Shown: positions 55,478 through 64,000 of the stretch, piece by piece
How positions within the stretch are numbered: position 1 is the first letter of the stretch
Layout of the letters: the number at the start of each line of letters is the position of its first letter
NCBI GenBank assembly: GCA_965206595.1
Contig: OZ242214.1
Span: 3,552,001 to 3,616,000 of the forward strand
DNA from: Candidatus Latescibacterota bacterium
GTDB taxonomy: Bacteria > Latescibacterota > UBA2968 > UBA8231
Length of the DNA: 64,000 bases
Direction: 5' to 3'
The notes under the pieces: generated by a model
The model's input: the letters and a program-made list of their open reading frames with translations, nothing else
Databases searched by the model: none
Told to the model about the DNA's origin: nothing
Program-made: the position numbers and the translations under genes

Positions 55478-58216
55478 ATGAATCCAGCAGTGATGCATCG
55501 CTGCGCCGGTGTGGCTGTTTTCCTGATTTCCTTCGGTCTGTTCCTCCTGACCATGGCCCCGTCGGTCTCCTTCTGGGACACCGGCGAGTTCATCGCCACC
55601 TCCTACACCCTCAGCGTCCCGCACCCGCCGGGCTCGCCGCTGTACGTGCTGCTCGGACGGCTGTTTTCCATGATCCCGGTCATGGAGGTCGCCTGGCGCG
55701 TCGTGCTGATGTCGGCGCTCTCCTCCGCCCTGGCGGTCTGGTGCACTTACCTCGGCACCGTGGCGATAGCGCGCCGCGCCCTGGGGGGCGAGCCCCTGCG
55801 GATATTCGGCGACGAGCGCGACCTGTCGGTCACCCTCGGGGGCGCCCTGGCCTCGCTGACCCTGGCGGTCTCGTACACGTTCTGGTTCAACGCCACCGAG
55901 GCCGAGGTCTACGGCTACTCGATCCTGTTCGTCGCCCTGGGGTTCTGGCTGGTCCTGTACTGGGAAGGGACCGGACACGGCGCCCTCAACGACCGCTGGC
56001 TGTTTCTCGTCGCCTACCTGTTCGGCCTCGGCGGAGGTCTGCACATGCTCTGCCTGCTGATCATCCCCGGGCTGCTGATCCTCGCCTGGTTCGCCGACCG
56101 CGGCCTGCGCCGCCTGATAACGGTCATGGCGGGCACCGGGCTGGAAGGGTTCTTCATTCTCGCCGTGCTCACCGACAGGCCGGATTCGGCAGCCCTGATC
56201 GGGTTGCTCGCCGCGGCCGGCCTGATCGCCTTCCTGTCGTACGTCTGGATCACCGAGGAGGAGCTGCGACCCACTGTCCTCTGGCTCCTCGGGGCCGGGG
56301 CCGCGGCCTTCGCCGGGCGCGCCCTCCTCTCCGAGGGGATGCTCTTCAACGCCGTCCTGGCGGTCGCGGCAATCGGCCTGCTCCGCCATCTCTACCAGCA
56401 CGACCGCCGCGCCTTCGGACTGCTCGTCGGGACCGCGGTGCTGTTCGCGATCGGGTACTCGACCTACGCGACCCTGTACATCCGCTCCGGGCTCAACCCG
56501 GTGATCGACGAGAACGACCCCGAGACCTGGGCCGCCTTCAAGAAGTTCCTCAACCGCGAGCAGTACGGAACCGACAGCATGGTCCTGGCGATGCTCGAGC
56601 CGCGGGCCTCGCGCACCTATCAGCTGTGGCACCAGCAGTTCAAGTATTTCTTCCAGCAGTTCCCGTTCCCCCTGCTCAACCGCGACCTCGTCTTCCGCTG
56701 GGCCACCGAGAACGCCCCCCACACCATCTCGGTGTCGCTCATCCCGTACGCGCTCGGGGCCTGGGGGCTGGTATGGCACGGGCGCCGAGACTGGCGCCGC
56801 TTCGCAGCGCTGCTGGCGATTTTCCTGATCATGGGGTTCGGGCTGTCCTTCTACCTCAACATGCAGGATCCGCAGCCGCGCGAGCGCCACTACGTCTTCG
56901 GCGGCATGTTCTTCGCGTTCGCGATCTGGATGGGGTTAGGATGGACCGGCATCGTCGAGTACGCACGGCAGCGCTGGCGGCTGTCCGGTGCGGCCCTTGC
57001 CGGGGCCGCGTGCTGCGGCCTGCTGCTTCCCCTCGGCACCGGCGCCAACAGCTACCACGCCCAGGACCGCACCGGCGACTACATCGCCTACGACTACGCC
57101 TACAACCTGCTCAACAGTTGCGAGCAGGATGCGATCCTGTTCACCAACGGCGACAACGACACCTTCCCCCTGTGGTTCCTCCAGGAGGTCGAGGGGATCC
57201 GGAGGGACATCCGCGTCGTCAACTTGAGCCTCCTCAACACCGGGTGGTACATCAAGCAGCTGCGCGACCGCGAGCCCAAGGTCGACATCCGCATCGACGA
57301 CGCCTACATCGACTCGGTGCTCACCGACACCCAGCTGGTCGACATCTACAAGCGGGTGTGGCCCAAGCCGAGGACGCCGCAGGAGTTCGCCAGGCTCGGC
57401 CTCGACGTAAAGGTCTCCGTCCTGCCCGGCAACGATGTCCTGCGGGTTCAGGACATCATGGTGATCGGGATCGTCTATTGGAACGAATGGAAGCGGCCCA
57501 TCCACTTCGCCATAACCGTGGCCCAGAGCAACCGGGTCGGGCTGGAACCGTACCTGAGCATGGTCGGCATGACCCTTAAGCTCGTCCCCGAGAAGGGGCG
57601 CGACACCGACCTCGAGGCGCTCGCCCGCAACCTGCTGCAGGTCTACCAGTTCCGGGGGATCGCCGACCGCGGCGTCTACAAGGACCTCAACACCTCGAGG
57701 CTGCTGGGGAACTACCGCGCCTGCTACATAACCCTGGCGTCCCTGTACCAGGAACAGGAGCGCTACGACGAGCTGACCGGGCTGACCGAATGGGCCCTCG
57801 AGAACATCCCGCTCAACTGGGAGTCTTTCTACACCGCCAGCGAGCTCCAGCGCGAGGTCGGCCGCATGGCGATTGCCGCCCGCTACCTGGAAGAGGCCGT
57901 GGTATACCTGTCCGAAACCGTGGGCGAGCACCCGACGGCGACCTACGAGAACGCCCTGGCGCTGTCCGGCATCCTGCTGGATACCTACCGGGATCTCGAG
58001 CGTGCGGAGCGCGCCTACCGGATCGCCATTGCCCTGGAACCGGAGCAATACGACGCCTACCGCGAGCTCGCGGCGACGATGCAGGCCGGGGGCCGCGTCG
58101 AGGAGGCCATCCGGCTGATCAACGAGTACCAGGATGAGTTCGGTGCCACCGAGGGCTCGGAGCAGGATCTCGAAACGCTGCACAGCGCCCTGAAGATTTC
58201 ATCCTCCGGCGACTAG
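55478..58216 (+). CDS. DUF2723 (TMEM260-like, GT-C fold) membrane protein with C-terminal TPRs
   Basis: SFWDTGEFIA, HPPGSPLY, FNATEAEVY, QPRERHY, FTNGDNDTFPLW, VVNLSLLNT.WY. Confidence 0.88.
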   Translation: MNPAVMHRCAGVAVFLISFGLFLLTMAPSVSFWDTGEFIATSYTLSVPHPPGSPLYVLLGRLFSMIPVMEVAWRVVLMSALSSALAVWCTYLGTVAIARRALGGEPLRIFGDERDLSVTLGGALASLTLAVSYTFWFNATEAEVYGYSILFVALGFWLVLYWEGTGHGALNDRWLFLVAYLFGLGGGLHMLCLLIIPGLLILAWFADRGLRRLITVMAGTGLEGFFILAVLTDRPDSAALIGLLAAAGLIAFLSYVWITEEELRPTVLWLLGAGAAAFAGRALLSEGMLFNAVLAVAAIGLLRHLYQHDRRAFGLLVGTAVLFAIGYSTYATLYIRSGLNPVIDENDPETWAAFKKFLNREQYGTDSMVLAMLEPRASRTYQLWHQQFKYFFQQFPFPLLNRDLVFRWATENAPHTISVSLIPYALGAWGLVWHGRRDWRRFAALLAIFLIMGFGLSFYLNMQDPQPRERHYVFGGMFFAFAIWMGLGWTGIVEYARQRWRLSGAALAGAACCGLLLPLGTGANSYHAQDRTGDYIAYDYAYNLLNSCEQDAILFTNGDNDTFPLWFLQEVEGIRRDIRVVNLSLLNTGWYIKQLRDREPKVDIRIDDAYIDSVLTDTQLVDIYKRVWPKPRTPQEFARLGLDVKVSVLPGNDVLRVQDIMVIGIVYWNEWKRPIHFAITVAQSNRVGLEPYLSMVGMTLKLVPEKGRDTDLEALARNLLQVYQFRGIADRGVYKDLNTSRLLGNYRACYITLASLYQEQERYDELTGLTEWALENIPLNWESFYTASELQREVGRMAIAARYLEEAVVYLSETVGEHPTATYENALALSGILLDTYRDLERAERAYRIAIALEPEQYDAYRELAATMQAGGRVEEAIRLINEYQDEFGATEGSEQDLETLHSALKISSSGD

Positions 58217-58237
58217 CCGACGCGGCAGGGCCTGGGT

Positions 58238-59278
58238 GTGCGCCAACCGGTTACCATCGTAATCCCCCACTTCCGGGCGGAGGTGCTCGCCGACTGCCTG
58301 CAGTCCCTGTTCACCCACAGCGCCTGGCCCCTGCGCGTGATCGTCGTCGACGACGGGGGCGGCGCTCCCAGTCTGCAGGAGGCGCGGGCACGCTTTCCGG
58401 GCATTGAAATACTGAGCAACGACGGCAACCGCGGTTTCAGCTACTCCTGCAACCGCGGCCTCGAGGCGGCCGAGACCGAGTACTCGGTGCTGCTCAACGA
58501 CGACACGCGGGTGACCGCCAACTGGCTCCAGCCCCTGGTCGCGGCCGCCGACGCCGACACCGCGATCGCCGCCTGCCAGCCCAAGCTGCTGTCCGCGGCG
58601 GAGGCAGGTTCATTCGACTACAGCGGCGGCGCCGGAGGCTACATCGACCGCCTGGGGTACACCTTCTGCCGCGGCCGCCTGCTCGACGAGGTCGAGACCG
58701 ACGGCGGACAGTACGACACCCCTGCGGACCTGTTCTGGACCTGCGGGTCGGCGATGCTGGTGCGCACCGAGGCGGTGCGCCGGGTCGGGCTGCTCGACCT
58801 CGACTTCTTCATGCACTTCGAGGAGATCGACCTGTGCTGGCGGCTGCGGCTTGCCGGTTACCGGCTCGTCGCCGTGCCCTCCTCGGTGATCTACCACCAC
58901 GCCGGGTGGTCGCTGCCGGCGGCGAGCTTTCGCAAGAGCTACCTCAACCACCGCAACAACCTCGCCATGCTGTTCAAGAACCTGCCCGGTCCCACCCTGT
59001 CCTGGCTGCTGCCGGCGCGCGGACTGCTCGAGCTGGCCGCGGTCCTCAACTACCTCCTGCGCGGACGCCTGCGGGCTGCGGCCGCCCCGCTGGCGGCGCT
59101 GTTCTGGTGCCTGACCCACCCCCTCAACCTGCTCGCGCGCCGCCGCCGCAACCGCTCCCTGGCGGTCGCCGGGACAGACGCCGACCGCAGGGGGGTGTAC
59201 GGCGGCAGCATTCTGGTGCAGTACTACCTGCGCGGCCGGCGCCGCAGCCGCGACTTCATGGCGGACGCCTGCTCTTGA
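58238..59278 (+). CDS. Glycosyltransferase family 2
   Basis: IVVDDG, NRGFSYSCNRG, LLNDD, FFMHFEEIDLCWR. Confidence 0.92.
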   Translation: MRQPVTIVIPHFRAEVLADCLQSLFTHSAWPLRVIVVDDGGGAPSLQEARARFPGIEILSNDGNRGFSYSCNRGLEAAETEYSVLLNDDTRVTANWLQPLVAAADADTAIAACQPKLLSAAEAGSFDYSGGAGGYIDRLGYTFCRGRLLDEVETDGGQYDTPADLFWTCGSAMLVRTEAVRRVGLLDLDFFMHFEEIDLCWRLRLAGYRLVAVPSSVIYHHAGWSLPAASFRKSYLNHRNNLAMLFKNLPGPTLSWLLPARGLLELAAVLNYLLRGRLRAAAAPLAALFWCLTHPLNLLARRRRNRSLAVAGTDADRRGVYGGSILVQYYLRGRRRSRDFMADACS

Positions 59279-60240
59279 AGACGGCCCTCAACACCCTGCT
59301 CAAGCTCGCGGTCAGCATCGGCCTGCTGTACTACCTCGCCCTCCAGACCGATCTCGGGGGACTCGGCGCCGCCTTCGCCGCGACGGTGCCGTCGCTGTTC
59401 CTGCTCGCCGTCGCCTTTTTCGTGGTCAGCAACGGCCTGGGAGCCTGCCAGTGGTACCTGCTGCTGCGCGCCCACCGGCTGCCGATAGGCTACGGCCAGG
59501 CAACGGTCTTCTACCTGACCGGGGTGTTCTTCAACAACGTCCTGCTCGGCAACATCGGCGGAGACGCCCTGCGCATCTACGACGTCCGCCGGCTCACCGG
59601 GCGCACCATCGGCGCCGCGGCGGCGACCTTCATGGACCGCTTCGTCGGCCTGCTGGCCACCTGCTCGCTGGCGTTGATCGCCTGCTTCACAGTTCCCGAG
59701 GTCAGGGTCCCCGGCGTGATCTCCGTTCTCGTTCCGATCTGGGGCGCCCTCGTCCTGCTGCTGGCGATGGGATTGAGCGGGCGGATCGGGCGCTTCCTCG
59801 AGATCATGGCCACCCGCCTCCTTCCCGACCGCATCGGCCGCAAGGCCAGCAGCCTGCGGGAGAGCATGGCAGTTTACCGCAGCAAGGGCTGGCTGCTTCT
59901 CGGGGTCTGGGTCGTTGCCCTCGGCGTCCAGTTCTCCCGCGTCCTCGTGTATTGGTCGGCGGGGCTGGCGGCCGGCCTGCACGCCGGGTTGATCTATTTC
60001 ATCGCCTTCCAACCTGTCGCCGCGGTCATCGCCGCCCTGCCGATTTCGATCGGGGGCTTGGGGGTACGCGAGAACATCTTCGTCGAGCTGTTCGGCTCTG
60101 TCGGCGCCCCCGAGAGCCGGGCGTTCGCGATGTCCCTTCTGGGGTACGCGGCCGGTGTCGTCGCCAGTCTCCTGGGGGGGGTCGCCTTCGTCGTCCGCCG
60201 GGTGCAGCGAGCAGATTCCGCGGACGACACGGAGCGGTGA
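59275..60240 (+). CDS. LPG-synthase-TM (flippase-like, UPF0104) membrane protein
   Basis: TTG start overlapping the GT2 stop; FFNNVLLGNIGGDALR and LPISIGGLGVRE. Confidence 0.88.
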   Translation: MKTALNTLLKLAVSIGLLYYLALQTDLGGLGAAFAATVPSLFLLAVAFFVVSNGLGACQWYLLLRAHRLPIGYGQATVFYLTGVFFNNVLLGNIGGDALRIYDVRRLTGRTIGAAAATFMDRFVGLLATCSLALIACFTVPEVRVPGVISVLVPIWGALVLLLAMGLSGRIGRFLEIMATRLLPDRIGRKASSLRESMAVYRSKGWLLLGVWVVALGVQFSRVLVYWSAGLAAGLHAGLIYFIAFQPVAAVIAALPISIGGLGVRENIFVELFGSVGAPESRAFAMSLLGYAAGVVASLLGGVAFVVRRVQRADSADDTER

Positions 60241-60244
60241 TCCG

Positions 60245-61396
60245 ATGGCGGTACGGCTCGGGAACGAGCGCCTCTTCGACGACGCCCTCGAGCTCATCGC
60301 GGGCCGTCGGGTCGGCCTGGTCACCAATCCCACAGGGGTCGACTCCTGCCTGCGCTCGACCGCGGACCGCCTGCACGCCGAGCCCGCCACCGAGCTAGCG
60401 GCGCTTTTCGGCCCCGAGCACGGCATCCGCGGCGACGCCGAAGACGGAGTCGCCGTAACGGACGAAGTCGACCGCCGCACCGGAGTGCCGGCGATCAGCC
60501 TCTACGGCTCCACTCGCACGCTGCAAAGCTCCATGCTCGACGGCATCGATGCTCTCCTGTTCGACATGCAGGACGTCGGCGCGCGCTTCTACACTTACCT
60601 GTACACCATGAGCGCCGCCATGAAAGCTTGCGCCGGTCGCGGCGTGCGGTTCGTCCTGCTCGACCGCCCGAATCCGATCGGCGGCGAGTTGCTGGAGGGA
60701 AATCTCCTCGACCCTGCCTTCTCGTCGTTCGTCGGCCGCTTCCCCATTCCGGTCCGCTACGCGCTGACGATCGGTGAGATCGCCACCCTCTTCAACGAGG
60801 TCCACGGCATCGGCGCCGAGCTGCATGTCGTGGAGCTGCGAGGATGGAGGCGGTCGATGGCCTGGGAAGAGACCGGGCTGCAGTGGGTGGCCCCTTCTCC
60901 GAACATGCCGACTCCGCAGACTGCGGCCCTGTACCCGGGCACCTGCTTCTTCGAGGGAACCAACCTCTCGGAGGGCCGCGGAACCACGCGGCCCTCCGAG
61001 CTCATCGGAGCCCCGTTCGTCGACGGCTTCGCGCTCGCCGATGCGATGAACGATCTCGCGATTCCCGGGGCGCGATGGCGGCCGGTCTTCTTCACGCCGT
61101 CGTTCGGCAAGCACGCCGGGGAGCGCTGCGGCGGAGTGCAGCTGCACGCCCTCTCCCCCTGCCTGCGCCCCGTGGCCGCGGCCTTCCACCTGCTGGCCAC
61201 GGCGAAAAGCCTGTTCCGGAAGGGCTTCGAGTGGAACCTTCCGGCCCGGGGCATCCACAACTTCGACAAGCTCGCCGGCAGCGACAGGGTCCGCCTCGAG
61301 CTCGACGACGGCACCCCGGTCGCCGAGCTGCTCGCCGTTTGGGAGCGGGAGCGGCGGCCGTTCGCGCAGGTGCGGGAGCGGTTCCTGCGCTATTAA
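60245..61396 (+). CDS. namZ: Exo-beta-N-acetylmuramidase NamZ (DUF1343)
   Basis: GLVTNPTG, FGPEHG, DMQDVGARFYTY, DRPNP, PSPNMP, SEGRGT. Confidence 0.9.
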   Translation: MAVRLGNERLFDDALELIAGRRVGLVTNPTGVDSCLRSTADRLHAEPATELAALFGPEHGIRGDAEDGVAVTDEVDRRTGVPAISLYGSTRTLQSSMLDGIDALLFDMQDVGARFYTYLYTMSAAMKACAGRGVRFVLLDRPNPIGGELLEGNLLDPAFSSFVGRFPIPVRYALTIGEIATLFNEVHGIGAELHVVELRGWRRSMAWEETGLQWVAPSPNMPTPQTAALYPGTCFFEGTNLSEGRGTTRPSELIGAPFVDGFALADAMNDLAIPGARWRPVFFTPSFGKHAGERCGGVQLHALSPCLRPVAAAFHLLATAKSLFRKGFEWNLPARGIHNFDKLAGSDRVRLELDDGTPVAELLAVWERERRPFAQVRERFLRY

Positions 61397-61486
61397 GGTG
61401 CCGGAGGGCGCGACCACTGGGCGGCTCCTTGCACCGGCGGCCCGGCTCCCTATCATTTGGACACCTCTCAACCTCCCCACTCCCCC

Positions 61487-62074
61487 ATGCCCGCTCCCCT
61501 GAAGGCAGGAACCTTCCTCATCGCTTCCCTCGGACTGGAGGACCCGTGCTTCAGCCGCACGGTGGTCCTCATCCTCCAGCACCGTCCGGACCAGACCCTT
61601 GGCGTAATCGTCAACCGTCCGCTCGGAGAGCGGGTCAGGATGTACCCCGCGGAGGAGCTGCGAACCCTGGCCAACGGACTCGAGTCGGGCCGCAAGCCGG
61701 ACGGAATGTTCTACCAGGGAGGACCGGTGGAGCCGAACTCCCTCATCTTCCTGCACCGCCTCGGCAGCGCCGGAGAAGACGCCACCTGCATCTGCGACGG
61801 CCTCTACGCGGGCGGCGATCTCGACATCCTGCGCGGCTGCATGCCGGACCTCGACAGCGACAGCCCCTTGTTGCGGTTCTACCTCGGGTACGCCGACTGG
61901 GCCCCCGGACAGCTCGAGAACCAGATCGCCCTGGGCGCCTGGATCCTCAGCGAGGCGAACATCGACCTGGTCTTTTCCGAAGAGCCGGAGAGCATCTGGC
62001 AGCAGGCCATGCACGCCCTGGGGGGCAAGTACGCCCCGATGTCGTTCATTCCCGAAGACCCATCCCTGAACTGA
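61487..62074 (+). CDS. YqgE/AlgH (UPF0301) family protein
   Basis: FLIA...DPCFSRTVVLI, GVIVNRP, YQGGPV, FYLGYADWAPGQLENQI, ends PSLN. Confidence 0.9.
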   Translation: MPAPLKAGTFLIASLGLEDPCFSRTVVLILQHRPDQTLGVIVNRPLGERVRMYPAEELRTLANGLESGRKPDGMFYQGGPVEPNSLIFLHRLGSAGEDATCICDGLYAGGDLDILRGCMPDLDSDSPLLRFYLGYADWAPGQLENQIALGAWILSEANIDLVFSEEPESIWQQAMHALGGKYAPMSFIPEDPSLN

Positions 62075-62231
62075 ACCCGCGGTAACCCCGGGTGAATCCC
62101 GACACCGGGAGCGTCCCGTTCCGGCGCGAGGAGACGGGGTCCGACCTGGTTCCACGGCCCTCTCGCCCGAAGGCGGTGGCGCGCCTGGTTTGGCCGTGGT
62201 TATCGCTGGGCGCCCTCGAAAGAGCGGGGTT

Positions 62232-63188
62232 TCAGCAGATCAGGCCGCGCTTGGAGTGGATGCCGTGCGCAGGCGGGTCGTCTCCTATCCAGCGCTCGTC
62301 CACCGGCTCGCTGGCGAGCTGGTAACGGGTGTCGGATGACAGGCGGATGCGGCAGGTGTGGTTGTCGGTGCTGGCGTGCATGGTGAACATGCTGAAGACG
62401 AGCAGATCCCCCATGCGGTATTCGGAGGTCAGCCAGCGTCCTCCGAGCTGTTCCCGCAGTTCGAGGGCGTCGGCGAAGTGGCCCCGGGAATCCCAGCGGA
62501 TCTCCTGGTGCTCCTCGGCAGTGAGCTGGCGGTTCTCCGAGCGCGCCCGGGCGACGATGGCGTCCGCCTCCCCTTCCTCGCAGTAGGCGTCGACGTCGGT
62601 GCGGGCGTAGCCGTCGTGGATCTCCTCCCGCTGGTGCGAGTCCTCGAGAATCATCAGGCCGCCCATGCTCAGCGGGATGTCTCCGAGCGGAGTCCAGGAG
62701 GTGAAGAGATTCCGGGTGCCGCGCCCCATGAACACGATGTCGCAGTGGGGCTGCGTGGCGTTGGCGCGGTTCGGGGCCTTGGCGCGGAACCAGGTGTAAT
62801 CGAAATGCCTCACCGGGCCGCCGAGAAAGAGCTCGTAGAACTCGATCATCCGCCCGCTGTACACGACCGCGTCCAGCTCGGGGTTGTCCCTGGCGAGGTC
62901 GGGCGAGAAGCCGCTCTCGACTCCCGGCTTCAGCACCCCCTCCTCCAGCGGGTGGGAGTGGTCGATCAGGCCTCTTTCGGAGAGCCGTGACAGCACCGAC
63001 ATCCTCGCGGCCATGACCTGCTCCCGGTCGAGGAAGCCCGGAAGGTAGAGGTAGCCGTCGCGAGCCATGCTTCTGTGCAACGCCTCCCTGTCGGCGAGGA
63101 CGCACGAGGCGTCCTGCAGCTCGCCGAGGAGGGCGGAATCGATGGCGGCCCCTTGGTAGGTGAGAAGCTGTTCGGAGTCTTCGGGCAT
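62232..63188 (-). CDS. Phytanoyl-CoA dioxygenase (PhyH) family protein
   Basis: RDGYLYL, PHCDIVFMGRG (HxD), WTPLGD, GDLLVFSMFTMHAS, RLSSDTRY. Confidence 0.9.
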   Translation of the reverse strand: MPEDSEQLLTYQGAAIDSALLGELQDASCVLADREALHRSMARDGYLYLPGFLDREQVMAARMSVLSRLSERGLIDHSHPLEEGVLKPGVESGFSPDLARDNPELDAVVYSGRMIEFYELFLGGPVRHFDYTWFRAKAPNRANATQPHCDIVFMGRGTRNLFTSWTPLGDIPLSMGGLMILEDSHQREEIHDGYARTDVDAYCEEGEADAIVARARSENRQLTAEEHQEIRWDSRGHFADALELREQLGGRWLTSEYRMGDLLVFSMFTMHASTDNHTCRIRLSSDTRYQLASEPVDERWIGDDPPAHGIHSKRGLIC

Positions 63189-63355
63189 GGGATTCCCTTC
63201 TTTTTCGAGGAATTTTCCCAAACTAACGCCGGCCTCCTGGCGGTCAAGAAACCGATCCCGCCGCGGGCCCTTTTCTCACCGGGACCACACTTTTATCTTT
63301 GGCTCATTCCCCCGCGGTTCTCCCCGACTTCACCCCCGAAACTGTTCGAGGATTC

Positions 63356-64000
63356 ATGTTAGTTCGCCTGGTTGCAGTATGTCTTCTCGGCGCCCTCGGC
63401 GGCTCGATGCTGCCGCAGCCGGCGCCGGCGCTCGTTCCTCCCACCTGGGATGGAAGCCCTCCTTTCGCCGCGGCCATTCTCGTCGAAGCAAGTACCGGCA
63501 AGGTCCTGTTCGAGCACCACGCGCGCGCCCCGCGCTCACCTGCCAGCACCCTCAAGCTGCTGCTGCAGCTCCTGGTCATGGAAGGGGTCGCCGACGGCCG
63601 CATCGCCCTCTCCGACTCGGTCTACATCTCCGCCGAGGCGAGCCGCACCGGGGGTTCGCAGGTGTACCTCAAGGAGGGGGAGGTGTTCTCCCTCGGAGAG
63701 CTGATGGAGACGATCGTCATCGCCTCGGCCAACGACGCCTGCGTGGCCGTCGCCGAGCACATCGGCGGCACCGAGCAGGGTTTCGTCGACCTGATGAACA
63801 GCAAAGCCGCGGTCCTGGGGTTGAAGGGGACGCGCTTCGTCAACGTTCACGGACTCGACAACACGCCGACGACGAAGGGCAACGTCACCACCGCGGCCGA
63901 CCTCGCTGCCGTCGCCAGGGAGATCGTCGCCTACGACGACATCATCGAGTGGTCCAAGGTCCGCCAAGCGCCGTTTCGCAACGGCACCTTCATCCTCCGG
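63356..64000 (+). CDS. D-alanyl-D-alanine carboxypeptidase (peptidase S11), 3' end outside window
   Basis: Translated from ATG 63356: signal peptide, PASTLK (SxxK), SAND (SxN), FVNVHGL. Absent from the ORF track because there is no stop in the window. Confidence 0.88.
   Translation, partial: MLVRLVAVCLLGALGGSMLPQPAPALVPPTWDGSPPFAAAILVEASTGKVLFEHHARAPRSPASTLKLLLQLLVMEGVADGRIALSDSVYISAEASRTGGSQVYLKEGEVFSLGELMETIVIASANDACVAVAEHIGGTEQGFVDLMNSKAAVLGLKGTRFVNVHGLDNTPTTKGNVTTAADLAAVAREIVAYDDIIEWSKVRQAPFRNGTFILR

Overview
64 kb of a high-GC (~70% by eye) bacterial chromosome. The gene content (FG-GAP/ASPIC-UnbV proteins, FlgD-Ig surface protein, double-length UvrA, DUF2723, long SppA, PhyH) resembles FCB/PVC-related lineages such as Ca. 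Latescibacterota; this taxonomy is inference only. Most of the window is ordinary host content: selB, a sigma-70 gene with a sigma-54-type promoter, uvrA, sppA, thpR, NamZ, an ABC-2 exporter and oxidoreductases. The exception is a ~15 kb lower-GC (~48% by eye), CTAG-rich island at ~12.0-27.5 kb, preceded by a decayed higBA module and bordered on the left by an IS3 remnant. It carries one co-directional 8-gene operon: Zn-ribbon/beta-rich protein, membrane-anchored vWA protein, trypsin-like membrane protease, 1,150-aa tubulin-like GTPase, Zn-ribbon-fused atypical Hsp70, GrpE-like factor, ZorA/MotA-like channel (frameshifted in this sequence) and ZorB/MotB-OmpA. I see no Zorya nuclease or helicase effector, so this is the best candidate for an undescribed envelope-sensing conflict or membrane-remodelling system. 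Other points: an XRE + ImmA/IrrE (CapH/CapP-like) switch with a palindromic operator, an orphan CTAG-type m4C methylase, an apparent ATC start codon, and several single-base frameshifts that could be assembly errors. I found no rRNA, tRNA or CRISPR array. All family assignments come from motif recognition by eye, not from searches.
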